Position numbers and translations under genes: made by a program. The notes below the pieces were generated by a model that searched no databases, was not told the origin of the DNA, and was given only the letters and a program-made list of their open reading frames with translations. 64,000 bases of DNA from assembly GCA_002633005.1 (NCBI GenBank), contig NMRA01000396.1:117199-181198 (forward strand), given 5' to 3'. The stretch's first letter is position 1. Each line of letters opens with the position of its first letter. The stretch comes from Phoronis australis (Eukaryota > Animalia > Phoronida). Of this stretch, positions 10,114-24,142 are shown in pieces.

Positions 10114-12756
10114 CCTATAAAGATTCATCCGGTCCACTGGTTTGATAACACGGTGAGAACGTCGTAGTTCTTGAGTAGGAGTTCAGTTAACCTCTGGTTG
10201 AGCTGGTACAGGGGCTGAAGGTGGTGGTGTTGGGTTGTCTCGGTGGTTGTTTTTAATTCCGGGGTAGCGATTCTCATATTTCCAGAATGGTTCAGGGATG
10301 ATCTAATACGTCAAATTGTGGAACCGGAATCGGAGACGACGAGGTAAGACCTCGGGTTTGCTGAACTCTCTTTCACCTCTCCAAATTTCTCTTGGTCGCG
10401 TATTCAGACCTCGTCTCCAACATTCAATTGTGGAGGGGATGCTGTTCGGTGTCTGGGATCAAAATTTGCTTTGTTCCTTTGGTTGAGTTGAGCTTCTTTT
10501 GCTCGTATGTACTGATCATCAAAGGACTTTGGAGGAGGGCTTTAGGCAATATGGGCAAAGTCGTTCGGATACGTCTGAAAATGAGCAGTTTAGTTGGCGA
10601 TTTTCCGTTGTGAGTGGGTGTTGTTTCGTATGCAAGGAACCCTAGATGGGGCTCTGTATTCTTCCGCATCGTGTTCTTTGCAGTTTGGACAGTGTCTCCG
10701 TTTGACTGCAGGTTGAGAGGCGACGACGTTACATGAACGAAACCATAATCTTTAGAGAATCTCACGAAACTTGCACAGGCAAACTGTGGATCATTGTCAG
10801 ACAATACTATGTCAGGAATCTAAGGAATGCTAAATATCGACTTCAAGGCTCCAATAGAATATCGGGCTATTGTCTGAGTAAGTCTTCTGACTTCGATTCA
10901 TCGTGAGTAGTAGTCTACTACAAGGGTGTAGATTTGTTTGTTCAGTTCAAACAAGTCAGTTCCAAAGCTCTCCCATTGAAGACAACAGTGGTTCCTTCAC
11001 CTCATGTCTGTGAAGAGCACAGGGTAAGCACGGTTTGCACATTGTCTCAATCTGTCGATGAGTGACAACTAGACCAATTCTTGGGCTCTTGCTCGGCATT
11101 TTGTTATACCTACATGTAAATGACCTTGGTGGAATTGGTTGAGCATTTCCAGCTGCATCGACTGGGGAATATCGATAAGGTCATCGTATATGAGTAAACC
11201 CTCTGTAAGGGTCAAGTGCTGTAGATTTTCAAAGCATAGTTTATGCGTACGTTGATCGGGAAGGATGAAAGGCCACCCATGTCGGCAGACATTGATCATT
11301 TCACTGCAAACGGTTTCTTTGGCCTGTGCCTCCATATTCTGAAGTAGTCTGGCCTGTTTTGCCGGGAGATTGCATATTGCCAAATGTACCTGGCCCTCAA
11401 CTTCGTTGAAGAAGACTTCGTCTTCCCTTATTGGTATCCCCAGAGGTGCTCGAGACAAGGCATCTGCAACCAGGTGGTTCTTTCCCGGGACGAGGTAGCT
11501 CTTTGGGTTATCTTTCATGAGACGGGCCGAAACGTAGTACTTGCGATGGCATCTACGACAAGTCTGTGAATGACAACAGAGGTACTAGGGGTTAGTTATC
11601 GGTTTCCAGGGTCAATTTTAGCCCGAGGATGAAAGGTACGCTTCCTTTTCTATCACTACCTAACGTTTCTCAGTGTCGCTGAGCGATCTGGATGCACAGC
11701 AGACTGATATTCTGTTGCCGGCAGAATCAAGTTGGAGAAATACAGCACCGTTGCCATACTGACTCGCATCACCTGCTACTATTTTTAATGATTACGGTCA
11801 CAGTGCACCAGAATGCATCCTTAACGTCTTGAGAGGGCTTCTGAGGTTCATCACAAAGGAAGGCTTGGTTCTTCCTCAAGTTCGTTGATCTTTGCCAAAT
11901 TTGTTATGAATTTGGCAAGCTGATTCACCATCCCATTGAATGTTTGTAACTCAGTCACGTTTGTCACGTTTGTGTGCACTGAAAAATCTCGAATTGCTTG
12001 TGTCTTCTCAGTATCAGAGCTGATAATTTGGTCATTAAAAAGTCGCACTCGTCGTTCAAGGTCAGGCCTGCCTTCTAAAGAAAAGCTAAGACTTTGCAAA
12101 CTCTAGAATCGTCGACCCCTAGGTTAGGGCCGTGATTCAAGATGTTGTCAATATGGCATATGGCTCCATCTAAGCCGTCGAGAATGTGGGACATCGTCCG
12201 ATGGAAAACTTCTGGAGGCGAACGTATTCTTAAGGGCAGATAATTAAAACAGAATGCACCATATGGCGTGACAAATGTAGTCAGCAGTCGTGACTTGGCA
12301 CATACAGGTATTTGCCAGAACCCAGAGTTGGAGTCAAGATTAGAGAATATCTTGCTTCCTTGAATCTTTGCCAAGTTCTCATTAACCATAGCCATCGGAT
12401 GGACCTCACGCTTAACATCTTTGTTGAGGGGAGTGAAATTGACACATATTCTCAGATGACACTTAATTTATGCATCTTGTCTAGCTGTGCCTTCAATCTA
12501 GTAAGTAAGGGATGTGCTATTCGACGTGCTTTGTATAAACAGAGTGGTTTAGCGTCGTCCCGCAAAGGGATACCGTAGGGGTTCTTTAGGAGTTCCAACC
12601 CAGTAAACAGTCCTGGGTGTTTTTGTTTGAAGTTTTCTGAAGAGGTTGACTGCTCTACTTCAAACTCCACTGGATCTGGTACCTACAAGTTCAGGGATCG
12701 ATAGCAGCAATGGACAGAAAGTTCTTTGACTGGCCTTTCATGACGTACACAGTTTC

Positions 12757-12796
<40 letters not shown>

Positions 12797-13620
12797 GCAG
12801 TTGACGTTGATAATCGCATCCTTGACTACACCTAGTATCAAGTGAGACAGCTCAACACCACCAGTACTTCTAAAATTGCCTCCGTCAGGATACATCTGGA
12901 GCAGATCCTTATCGAGCCAGGGTGTTATTCGTCAGCCACTATCAAGCTTGAATTTTGCGCCATGTCCGTTGAATGTAGCATTCACTGACCAGAAGTCACC
13001 TATCCCGTCGACTTCTCCAAGAAAGTTAGCAATGTCATATGCTAAAGCTTGACCTGTGTTTTTATCTCAGCAGTAACCTTGGACTTAGCCTGGCAGGCAA
13101 TAGATCGATGGCTTGTTTTGCCGCAACTGTGACACTTGCTGTCTTTGGCTTCACAGTCTTTTCTTGTATGTAGTTTTAGACTGGCAGACCACTTGCCGGC
13201 CTTCTGTTGTGTATGAGTTTTCTGTGGAGTCGATTTTTGTTTGAAGCTTTAGATTTCTTCTGGTGAAACTTGGGTTTGTTGTGTCGTTTAACAAACTCAA
13301 CCACTGTTTCCGCTTTAAAAGACATCGTCTACTTTTGAGTGAGTGAAGTTTCCACTGTCCGTAGATTCTCAATTGCTTTGTCGAGGCTTGGTACAGACCG
13401 TTCTCTTAGGAGTCCCTCACGTCCTGCATCGTCAGTCATCCCAACGACTATTCTGTCTCTGACCATTGAGTCTTTCAGTTCCCCAAGTTCACAGGAGTCG
13501 GCCAACTTCCGTAATCTTAGGACAACACATCGATTTTATCTCCAGTTTTTGGACTCCGATCATCCTAACCCAAACGTACTTACACGTCCCCTTTTGAATG
13601 TGTTTCCAACACAATAAAAC
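10114..13620 (-). mobile_element. Degenerate Ty3/Gypsy gag-pol (Gag, protease, RT, RNase H, integrase)
   Basis: Gag RDRIVVG; RT IFSNLDSNSGFWQIP..LTTFVTPYG..PEVFHRTM..HIDNIL; VPGKNHLVADALSRAP; HQGHL.GITKCRARA; integrase SDNDPQF..HVTSSP..QSNG; C-terminal RRSHRVIKPVDRMNL*. Many frameshifts. LTRs not identified. Confidence 0.92.
12759..12795. repeat. (TG)n microsatellite
   Basis: Direct reading. Confidence 0.95.
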
Positions 13621-13931
13621 CATTTCCACCACAGTCGCACAAACCAGCCAAATGGGCAACAACAATACTAAGAACACACGTTCCTGCCGAGATGAAATAG
13701 TTGTTCGCCCAGTTGCGGGCAGCCTGACTGCAAAGCTTTCGTTATGTGGGTAGATAAACCAGGTAGGTATGAAAAATTTCGTGTTGTGGCTTGCTTATTG
13801 TCTCAATAGAGGGTTGTTCGTGGACGAGCAGCCTTGCCGATCGCATCAATCCACATCAGTGGTTGTGGGGACCCAACTACGGTTTAAAAATGAGTGGGGT
13901 TAGAGTAAGAACAAGCACAACTAGACAGATA

Positions 13932-14026
13932 TGGAGGGAGCGACGGAGGGAGGGAGGGAAGGACGAAGGGAGGGCGGGAAGAAGGACGGGCAGGGTGGAT
14001 AAGAAGAGGGGAGGAAGAGGGAGGAG
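13932..14026 (+). repeat. Purine-rich (GGA/GGGA) low-complexity tract
   Basis: About 95 bp almost entirely G/A. Confidence 0.85.
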
Positions 14027-14689
14027 CATTGATGGAAATATCGTAAACTGTGGATATCAATGTCACAGCTCATTAATTAGGCATCCATTTGGAGTCGTTA
14101 TTTTCTTCACTTTTACTTTCTTTCGAGTTAATCATACATGTAATTTTGTTATTCTTTCTAGAAGTTGGGAATATCTTACATGTACTTCGTCGATATCCAA
14201 TGTATGTTCTTTAAAAATATATTTGTCAGGCACGTGATACATAGATGTTATCAAAGAAATTGAAAAATTACGTTACCTCATTATTGTCAAGGATTTCAGC
14301 TGGCAAAGGATTTTGTGAGAATAAACAAACTTTCTCTCTTAGGTTTAAGATAGGAAATCATTCCTTTACAGTATATGATAACAAAATTAAGAGCGATTGA
14401 GCTCTAAAGCACCTGCAAATTGAAGTAACCGATTTTGAAAAGGTGGAAGTCCTCTTTGTTGTTGACGGAGAGATACTGGGACGCAAATGTAAAAACGTCG
14501 GGGACTGTCAATGGTGGCATGTGTTCCCAATAATTTCGTTCGAACTGTCATGTGAAAAACCATGGTGGCAACTGGTGGGTATTTAATGGTGCAGTTTCAC
14601 ACAACGATGGAGTTACAACGGTGCTATGTATTGTATTTGACTTCTTGCTTTCCTGCTGTCTGTGCTAATTTTATAGGTTATAGGCAGTA

Positions 14690-17600
14690 CACTTCGGACC
14701 AGGCAAAAATCCATACATGGGTGATACACCCTATTTGACAGATTTGGAACATATTATGCATTTTTGTTTACTTTCTTATAGTAATTAGTAAAACGCACTT
14801 TCAGCAAATTCTAGGTAGCTTAACAGTCGGGTATCTCAGTTTTCACAGAAAACTACTATCAGAAGTTATCACAATAATCACAGTTTTTGTGACATTGTAA
14901 GTAGTTACAAAAGCTACTAGAAAATAAAATAGCTACAGTTTTGTATAAAGTAATCCATTAAAAATGAAGTGTCAAGTTGCACCTTAAATTCCACATTTTG
15001 GGTTTGAAAGGTCATGGGGTCATACAATCAAAAAACATGGATAACTCACCCATGTTTGAATAAGTCAATATCACCTGAAGCCAAATATTCCACTTTGAAA
15101 CTTAATTGTGAGTTTGATCTAGTTTAGTAGAATAAATATTTGGCATCAAAACCTCGGCAAACACATGTCTTCATATAGTAATGAGCAATTGTTCGCAGCC
15201 ACCTCAGCCAAAGTGAGCACTTGTGACAATAGCTACAGGTCATCGAAAATGTTGAGTTTTGAGATTTAAAAGTGTTCAAAGGGTTGTTAAATTATTGGAC
15301 CTAATTCTTAGCAAATAAAATTCAACAAAATTAATATTTTTTTGTTTTTTTGACTGTGAATTACCATTTTGATGAAAAGCCTTGGTATGGAGAATGTTGG
15401 ATCTTGTCTTAACTTTATGGCATTTTGAAGCTGTGGCAATGCTATATATTAAAAATTAATGGTTTTCCAGGTTTTAGTAGTGAATTATTTTGATTAATTG
15501 ACTACACCTTTTGTTTTGAGTGCTGCTTGCACACAATGAGGGTTGCATGCATATGTGAGTGGCCATCTTTCCAAGCTATTTTAAATGGTGGAAATATATT
15601 CTTTGGGGAAAGGCTATTTATGGAAAATATGATTCTTGTGTTTACGGATTAAGTAGCATATAATTGTAATATTTATAAGCAAAGTTTTCAAGTGGAAACC
15701 AGGGGGACCAATCATCATTCTGGCTGCCCACGCCTTTGCCAAAAGTCCATAAGTTGAATTAGTTTCTCACTGCTGCATCTGATGGAAGAGTGCCTGTTTG
15801 GACTCGGCTTTTAACTGGCATCGATGAATTTGCAGAAAAGGTCCTAGCAATATTACAAACAAAAAGCCAGCAAAGCATTATTTGTAACCCATGAATGTAT
15901 TGCTCCTGGTCATAGTAATGTTCTGAAGAATGTCTCCCACCTCAGCAGATTAAATTTTCCCGTTTAGCAGCGCCCAATCGTTCTGGGAAACTCGCACAGT
16001 TTGATGCCTTTGGGATGAAAAGAATCGCCGAGGAAGACCGTCGATTTGAACTGTGACAAAAACTGTTGATTCAATGGAATTGCCTCAGTAGCGCATTTCA
16101 TATATACCAGACTCAGAAACATTTGAAATACAGTATGTCACAAGTAATCAGACAAAATTCTATTTCCATTTCGTGACGTGTCATCTGTGCTGACTAAAGA
16201 TGTCTTATTGTACACCTAATTTGCTCGCATTTTGTAAATGTGACCACATTTGTTCTTTTCTATTTAATTGATTTATGGCGTGTAATTTGCCTGTGTCCTA
16301 TATCAGCCTCAAAATAGTATAATTACTATTCTCCACTTTGGTGCTTGTTAAATGTTTATCGTTTTGCTACATAAGTACGCTATAACCTGCTCTGCTGGGT
16401 CTCTATGTCTATAATAATAAACAATAATTTAAATCAGGACAGTTTTTAAATATTGCCCAACTTTGTTCTAAAATTTCTTTGCAGGATTACCCAAGTTCAC
16501 CTATATGCAGTCTGAATGTCTGTGTATTTTATTTTCGTTTTGCTGCACATGCTTTGCATGCATTAGTCTCGAGACTTCTGAGTTTTTGAAGTCTGACTGA
16601 TGGTAAGCACCAAACACCATTGCGTACCCATACTTAACTTGGGCGGATCCAGGATTTGATTTGGGGGGGCAGGCCATAGAATTTCGCCACATCCGCGCAC
16701 CCACCCTAAAATTTAGGGATGCAGGGGTCTCGAATTTTTGGGTTTGTGGACCTGATTACTAAAAAAATCCGGTAAAAGGGTTTGTTCAAGGCCAATGCAT
16801 CGTGCATTCGCCCCTGGAGCCCCCTGGGTGCGCGCATATGCTAGTCAGCAATTCGCACCCCGAACTGACAAATGGCATATGGGAAAATTTTAGGGGGAGG
16901 GGCTTGGCCCACTCCCGAAATCCGCCATTGAAACTGTGATAGATGCAAAAACATCTGAATTTGATTTTTCTGCTACCTGGAATACTCGATTTCCTGTGTT
17001 TTTAGATGAAAATGTCTACGAACCTTCCGCAAATACATCTATGTGTTGTGTGTAAAAACAAAAAAATATTGGTATCCCTAATGCGAGAATATTCAGACAT
17101 TCATATGCATATCTGGGCGTGTGCTGATAATGTACTTTCCCGAATGACAAGCATAAGAAAAATTATTCAACAACGCAAATTTCACCGGTAGTCAGTTGTC
17201 CTTATAAGATCATTTTTTCTAACCTCATTTCCCAGTATCTATCCCATACCATTTCAATATATCTCTTTTTATGACTAACTACTTTGCTGTCTGGTTTGTT
17301 CGGGTTTGGTGATATACACTGTATGGAGATGCAGTTGTCTCCTTCTGGCCCAATACACCTATTAGTGTTTTTTTAATAAAATTCGTTCAATTGAGATGCG
17401 TCTTGACACAATAAACCGACTTTGAGAAAATTAGAAAAATAAATTTTAATCAGACCCACAGATTAAAATTTCAGAATTCGAGTTTGCAGTTATGTTTAAC
17501 TGAAGACTTACTTTATAGATTTTTTACTCAACCATAATGCAATTTAATACGGTGAGTATATGCACATGCTTTTTGTAGTGTCATCGTCAAGGTCAAAGAA

Positions 17601-18298
17601 AACCAACGTGCCTTGTTGTGCTTCACATTCTTTTCTGTAAAGTAACAAAATTAAAGCTTTCTTAATGAGTTCGATCGCCTATTTTAAGATTGCAAAACTG
17701 TATTTTGAATCCTCGCATAGGTTTGTTACTATGCATACATTGGCCAGTTGTACTTTTTTGGTGAGGTACCCTACTTCTAGAGCCCGATGAGGTATGAAGA
17801 AGGGTGCTTGCCTAGGGTTTTCATGGTTTTATTTTGTAGAGCTAAGATCAATCTAAACACTGGTTGTAGTTTTCTTGTTTTAAATTTGCCTTCAGCTGAT
17901 AAATGAGGCAGAAAGTAGGGCAATTTTCAACATTTCGGAATCACCACATACTCGCTAAGCTTGTAGCCTTCAAAAACAGCTGAGATGTAACTGAAATCGT
18001 GATATTTTCTATGACTGGCAAGCTGAAAGACACATTAATTCAATGATAAACTTGAAGTGTTTCATTTTTCACTACTATTCTCAAGGAAAGTTCGCAAAAA
18101 ATGCCAAAATGAAGCTGTAACGAGGCTTGGAATTGGCAGAAAAACAACACGTTCCCATAGCAACCACAAGGTGGCGCACGCAAAAAAAATAATTGTGGGT
18201 CTAAATGTTGGGGCATCAACCCCTATCGTCATGCAAACAATCAATGAAATCCGTGCCATAACCTTTATCACTTTTCGCCTTGTCCATTCTTGGACGTG
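14690..18298. mobile_element. About 3.6-kb decayed DNA transposon with CAC termini (Chapaev/Transib-like, tentative)
   Basis: Absent from the paralogous unit at about 48800, where the flanks join. Ends CAC..GGACCAGGCAAAAA and, as reverse complement, CAC..GGACAAGGCGAAAA. Weak Cys-rich remnants (FVCNIAR, HPKGI.LC) lie on the minus strand at 15700-16200. Confidence 0.4.
16640..16930. mobile_element. Non-autonomous hAT-type MITE (GGCGGATCCAG family)
   Basis: GGGCGGATCCAGG...AATCCGCCATTG termini. Internal sequence is shared with 60160-60425. Confidence 0.7.
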
Positions 18299-19541
18299 CT
18301 CTTAATACGTTGCTGTGTGAGTGAGTAGAGACATTCGACGACTCGTTAAACATGAAAGCGAAAGTGAGGTTGGCATTCACAATGTTCACCTACATTTTGG
18401 CGTTCAGTCTGTCACACGGATGCTAATGACGTGGAGACAGTTGATCTCGCAAAGTGTACAGCGAGAATTTTGATTACCGATTTAACTTAAAAGAGTGTGA
18501 AATTAAATGTATGTATTACGGTTTAGAATATTTAGCCGTCCAGGAGATGTTGTAGTTTAATGCATGTGAGGCCCACGTCGCAATACTGAATTTTCTCAGA
18601 ATAACAACAGATAAAGTATACCATGTTTGGAGCAAAAAACATACCAATTTCCGTATTGTTTCATAAAAACGAATGTGAGAAATGGTTAAATTAGAAGTAT
18701 CAGCAAACAGGAATAACTGATGGTTTGTGACTGAAAAACAAACACGTTTTCGTCATTTTGCCCAAAATCGCATTTGGTATCACAAACATGACAGTTTAGA
18801 AATTTTGTAACTGGGATATTGTTTTCACCGAGTGCAGAACATAATATTGTCATCCCAGTCGTAGTTTTGAGCACCCCCTCCGGTCGCCATCTTTGTTTTG
18901 GACAACTGTTTCCCTCCGTTTGGTCACTTTGTTGAATTCTTTCGATTACTACAGTGCCGTAAGAGTCAAACTGTTCAACAATTCTGAATAACGGAATTTA
19001 CTTTATAATTTTCAATTACACTGAAACTAAAAAGCGCAATGCTCGGGCTTTTCATCTACGAAACACATTCATGGATAACAAGGTACATAAAGGAAGATTT
19101 AACCTTAAGGATATGAAACAATGACTTGCTTGTTTCTCGTAGACGAAAATGATATGCGAATCTAATGGTTGAATGTTTTCGAGGACTCTCACCATATCTA
19201 CATAAAATATGATCCCCCACTATATATAAGTCGAAGTCATCTTCCATGACACCAAATCCAACAGATTTGTCATATTCTTGTTGGACACAGCACCACACCT
19301 TACAAGCAACTTGGCCTACGTGTGGTAACCGAAACAAAAATAAAGCACAACGCATATGTCCGTATTCAACGTGTAGCTAAAGCTCTCTAGCAATACATGT
19401 AAAAGCAAGGACATTGTGACGGCGGGAAGCAACGCACATCTAACTATCAATTAAAAACCGCCTGCTTATGCGGCGTACGCAAACAATCACGCTCCCCAGT
19501 TATATCTAACCAATGACTTGTATATTGCATACATCCTTTGA

Positions 19542-21703
19542 TTACATCTTGGTTGTTTCTGAAGCATTTAACCCAATGTAGTTGGTGGAAACACCACCCA
19601 TGGTCCTAGCGCTTTCTCGGCCGTCGGTGGAGAATGAAGAAAGATTAGAATTTGTTTTCCTCGTAAATAACTTCCGATATTTCACAATTATATGTTTTCT
19701 GCAGATGTAAGAAAGAAATATGAAAAGCCCTTGCAAGGAGTTGAAGATGATGAATAGATACCATAACACGTGACTTCCGGTAAAAGCCCCTAAGTAACCA
19801 AAGATCCACGTGCTTCCCATAACAGTGGAAAGTTTAACGGTTATCAGAAACACGCGATTATTTTCACACTTGTTCTCGATAGTCCTTCTGACTTGACGTT
19901 TAGTTTTTACGAACTGAATAATCGTGAACACAATGAAGATCACATTAATAAGCATGATAATCGCTACGGGAAGCGCAAAGCCATAAAGAATTGCTTCGTG
20001 CCCGGAAATCCAGCACCTTTGTTCATCTCCGTATCGGAAAGATACATCGGTGGCAAACTCCAAAATAATGCACGTGACAACTATCATTAAAGGACCCAGT
20101 ACTGAATAGAGGACATACTTATAAATTGCATAGGGAGATGGTTTCTGTATCTCCATGATTTTGTAAAACGTTTTGAAAACAGAAAAACACATACTATTCA
20201 TCCAAAAGAAGGCACACAGCCACAAAAAATGTTCAGTTACAGCCACTGTCTTACAAAATGCTGGAATTTCTGTACGATCGATTGCAGCTAACATGATGAG
20301 TTGCGCCATAAAAAGTGTTGTGGCGAGGTTCATCATGATTTGACCAGGCAATGTTTGTAGTTCCTTGAAAAGTGCGTACGTCAGCACAAATATCGCAAGA
20401 CCACACAGACTTATCAAGTTTCCAGCTATCGTAAGTTTGTACTGAGTTTTGTTATATTCAAAAAAGAGAATACCAGTTCCATTCGAGAACGGATTGCACA
20501 CATACAGCAAGTTGCCTTGAATAAAGTAGTCTCCAAGTTGAAACGACAATCCAGAATTTACATACGCTATGCCGTCTTTCACTTCATACTCATCCTGCAT
20601 GTATGTGGTCATTCGACACTTAAGATCCAAAGGATCGCTGACGTTATCATTTTCATTCAAAGACGTTTTATTCAAATTAGTAGTCACAGTGTCATAACCA
20701 CACGACAGATTTGGCATAAGATGTTTTCCAGCTGGGCAAACTAATGACCGACATTTCATAGCTAGCTCGTCATAGATTCTATTTTCGGGACATTTCACAG
20801 TTGGCCAACCTATCTTGGTACGAATTTCGTCGCTCAGCCCCGTGAAATCTAGCAGGTGAGAAAAACTCGTGTGTCCGTTCGTAGGCAATGGACGAGGATC
20901 GAAACAAAACAGCATCGGCCAGCCCCCATCTGGACAACTACCGAATTTTAAGTTAACGAAATCATCACCAGCACCACGGAAGTATTCTGAGAAGTACATG
21001 TATGAAAAGCATTCTGCCGTGGAACTTGGACAAAATTCCGTGCAAACTGTTTCCATGGGTTCCACGAGTACATTGCAATGGTGTGCTAGCGACGGTGCCT
21101 TTAGTACCATATTGAAATCGGTCGAATTGTATAGTGCTTGTATCAGTGCCGTGCCGGTAAGGTTTCGGACAGTGCGATCAAAGAGCAACTTTTCGGCTTC
21201 GTAATTCATCGGAAAAGGGCTACCTTTGGGTGCGAAAATAGTACTCCAAAATCTTCCATTTTGGAGAATCTGTGACACGTTTACACGATGACAAAGGGCG
21301 CAATAAATGTTTCGGAAGCAATATTGTCTGCCATCTTCCAAGAATCCGTTCACAGGCAAAACCTGGAATATTTCGTCACTGTTTATAGAGTGGCACTTGC
21401 TAGTAATATTACGGTTTTTAAAATCATCAGGACATCGCGAAATAATCATACTGCCGAGAGGCTTAATGGAATCATCTAACTCCAGACACTCTGTGTAAGG
21501 TTTGATTGACGTGAAGTTCGTTGCACTTGGTTTGAAATCATGACAACAATCGCCGAAGTCGGTACAGATCGGATCACAATAACAAACCTGTCTCTTAAAC
21601 AAGACATGTTGCACTGAAGGCGAAGAGCACGAAATTCCACAAGCTTGATACAGCGACGGCTTAGATGGTTGAGAATCACAAGAAACTCCACACCTCTGGA
21701 ACA
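19542..21703 (-). CDS. GPCR gene A, large terminal coding exon: SMB-like domain, Cys-rich ectodomain and class-B 7TM (Methuselah-like/adhesion-type GPCR)
   Basis: Intact ORF with CYCDPICTDFGDCC, FRNIYCALC, seven hydrophobic segments, HFLWLCAFFWM, YG..RCWI, VMGSTWIFG and FIIFNSLQGLFIF. Polypyrimidine-AG acceptor at 21704-21705, phase 1. Confidence 0.93.
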
Positions 21704-21789
21704 CTGAAAACAGCACAAGTTATTCGACATCTACATGTAATACCTTCCTGCAAATAGTAGATGCTCATCAAGAAACGTCGAATTGTGTC

Positions 21790-22268
21790 GAGCTAATTTC
21801 GGGGTAGGACTTTGATCCAGTAAAGGGTCTCGATGTTTTGAATTGCATAATTTCAGTCCTGGATCGAAGTTAACAGCGCCAGTTCAACTTCGCACTAAAC
21901 GTGGATTAAAGAGCGGAGCGCCGACGCTGCGGTGCAGTATGGACGGTCAACTTTGGTCCTATCGAAGTTATCGCCAGGTGCCACTGTTATCGTCAACTAT
22001 TACAGGGTAGTGCCGTCACTAATAGTTATATATATTTCGCTCTAATAATCATATATCAATAAGCACGTGTAAATGTACCCAAATTGTCACACTGAAAAAA
22101 TCTTAACGTGCAGCCCTACCTTGCGATAACTTCAATGACGACGGCGTCACTTACCGTTTACTTCGATGTTACTTAACTGCCGAGCCAGTATGAACGGCCC
22201 AGTTAACTTCGCCTTTTACGCCGACGCACCGCTCACACAGGATTTAAGTCAATATGAAAGGACACCTT
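21790..22268. mobile_element. Intronic PIF/Harbinger-like MITE relic (duplicated at about 24230-24710)
   Basis: Repeated GTATG(G/A)ACGG motifs, internal inverted pair GAAGTTATCGCCAGGT/ACCTTGCGATAACTTC, and the end ATATGAAAGGACACCTTA. Confidence 0.35.
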
Positions 22269-22364
22269 AGAAAAACTGCTGTGAAACTGATGTTAATTGC
22301 AGTCCCATAAACACACATGTAAGGCTATCGAATGCTTCCGTGCGGAGGCAATGGTAGCTCAACA

Positions 22365-22522
22365 CAGTGGCGGATCCAAGATTTTGAGTTAGGTTGAGCC
22401 AGGGCAGAGTATTACCCAGGATTTTGCCTGTCAGACATTCGTATCCCTGAACTGCCAAATGGAATATCTGAGTATTTTTGGGGTGGCCATGACTCCCGTG
22501 GTCCCCTCTACATCTGCCACTG
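22365..22522. mobile_element. hAT5-type MITE
   Basis: CAGTGGCGGAT...ATCTGCCACTG TIRs with flanks CAACA/CATCA (4 of 5 match). Orthologous copy at 24807-24964. Confidence 0.75.
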
Positions 22523-22944
22523 CATCAGCACCAGTGGTGCGCTCGGGAGCGCAAGACACTGGTGGAAAGAATGACGCGAGATTACGCTACTTAAAGGCGA
22601 AAAACTCAAGAGCTTACCTGTACCTGCATACGAGAGAAAATTACGTTAAATTTAGTTCGCAAGTGCCTTATTGTATTTGGAGATGGTTACATGGTTTTCA
22701 TAGGACTGACATGTTAATCATTATTAGTCGTGTATTGCCACGACTAGAGAAGTAACCCATCTGTAAATAAGTATTTAAAGAAACACTTGACAAGATTGTT
22801 AAGCCTTGGAACACAAATTTGCCCAAAAATGGCCTTACGTAGTATTCTCCTGGAGTGTAAAAGTCCAGAAATTTCCACTAAAACGATCTAATCTAGAATA
22901 ACGCTACATTAAATTGGTCAAGCAAGTCTTTTGCGTTGGTACAC

Positions 22945-23202
22945 AATACCTGTAATACCTGTAATACCTGTCACGGACAGGATCATTGGGGATATGCTGG
23001 TGCATTAATCCCCTCCCCAGACCATCCCCGTGACAGCAGAAGGCGCAGAACTCCAGGGCTGACGTTGCCTGTAAGCATTTGATTAGACAGCACTCGGGCA
23101 CGGCCCTTCTTGTGACTCTTCGCAGCATGGCCATAAATAATACCGGCTTCGAGCAGGCGGCTGCCATCATTGAACTCAGCCAGCTGGGATGCAGTCTGCT
23201 CG
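22945..23202 (-). mobile_element. 3' end of an RTE-like LINE with an (ACAGGTATT)3 tail, running into the assembly gap
   Basis: Three 9-bp repeats at 22945-22971 lie exactly where this copy diverges from the duplicate at 25386. Peptide SRLLEAGIIYG....KKGRAR resembles the RTE C-terminus. Confidence 0.55.
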
Positions 23203-23313
23203 NNNNNNNNNNNNNNNNNNNNNNNNNNNNNNNNNNNNNNNNNNNNNNNNNNNNNNNNNNNNNNNNNNNNNNNNNNNNNNNNNNNNNNNNNNNNNNNNNN
23301 NNNNNNNNNNNNN
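23203..23313. other. Assembly gap (111 N)
   Basis: Run of N. Confidence 0.99.
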
Positions 23314-24142
23314 CCGTTCGTAGGCAATGGACGAGGATCGAAACAAAACAGAATCGGCCAGCCCCCATCTGGACAACTACCGAATTTTAAGTTAACGAAA
23401 TCATCACCAGCACCAGGGAAGTATTCTGAGAAGTACATGTATGAAAAGCATTCTGCCGTGGAACTTGGACAAAATTCCGTGCAAACTGTTTCCATGGGTT
23501 CCACGAGTACATTGCAATGGTGTGCTAGCGATGGTGCCTTTAGTACCATAATGAAATCGGTCGAATTGTACAGCGCTTGTATCAGTGCCATGCCGGTAAG
23601 ATTTCGGACAGTGCGCTCAAAGAGCAACTTTTCGGCTTCGTAATTCATCGGATAAGGGCTACCTTTAGGTGCGAAAGTAGTACTCCAAAATGTTCCATTT
23701 TGGAGAATCTGTGACACGTTTACACGATGACAAATGGCGCAATAAATGTTTCGGAAGCAATATTGTCTGCCATCTTCCAAGAATCCGTTCACAGGCAAAA
23801 CCTGGAATATTTCGTCACTGTTTATAGAGTGGCACTTGCTAGTAATATTACGGTTTTTAAAATCATCAGGACATCGCGAGATAATCATACTGCCGAGAGG
23901 TTTAATGGAATCATCTAACTCCAGACACTTTGTGTAAGGTTTGATTGACGTGAAGTTCGTTGCACTTGGTTTGAAATCATGACAACAATCTTCGAAGTCG
24001 GTACAGATCGGATCACAATAACAAACCTGTCTCTTAAACAAGACATGTTGCACTGAAGGCGAAGAGCACGAAATTCCACAAGCTTGATACAGCGACGGCT
24101 TAGATGGCTGAGAATCACAAGAAACTCCACACGTCTGGAACA
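23314..24142 (-). CDS. GPCR copy B, 5' part of the large exon (ectodomain), truncated by the gap
   Basis: Open frame nearly identical to gene A (e.g. CYCDPICTDFEDCC), with the same acceptor at 24143-24144. Confidence 0.8.

Noticed and set aside
13791-14237. 148-aa Arg/Gly-rich ORF and similar short ORFs over microsatellites (12683-12895, 30651-30911)
   Set aside because: These are translations of low-complexity DNA.
19893-21730. Plus-strand and alternative-frame ORFs overlapping the GPCR exons
   Set aside because: They are shadow ORFs, recurring only because the exon is duplicated.
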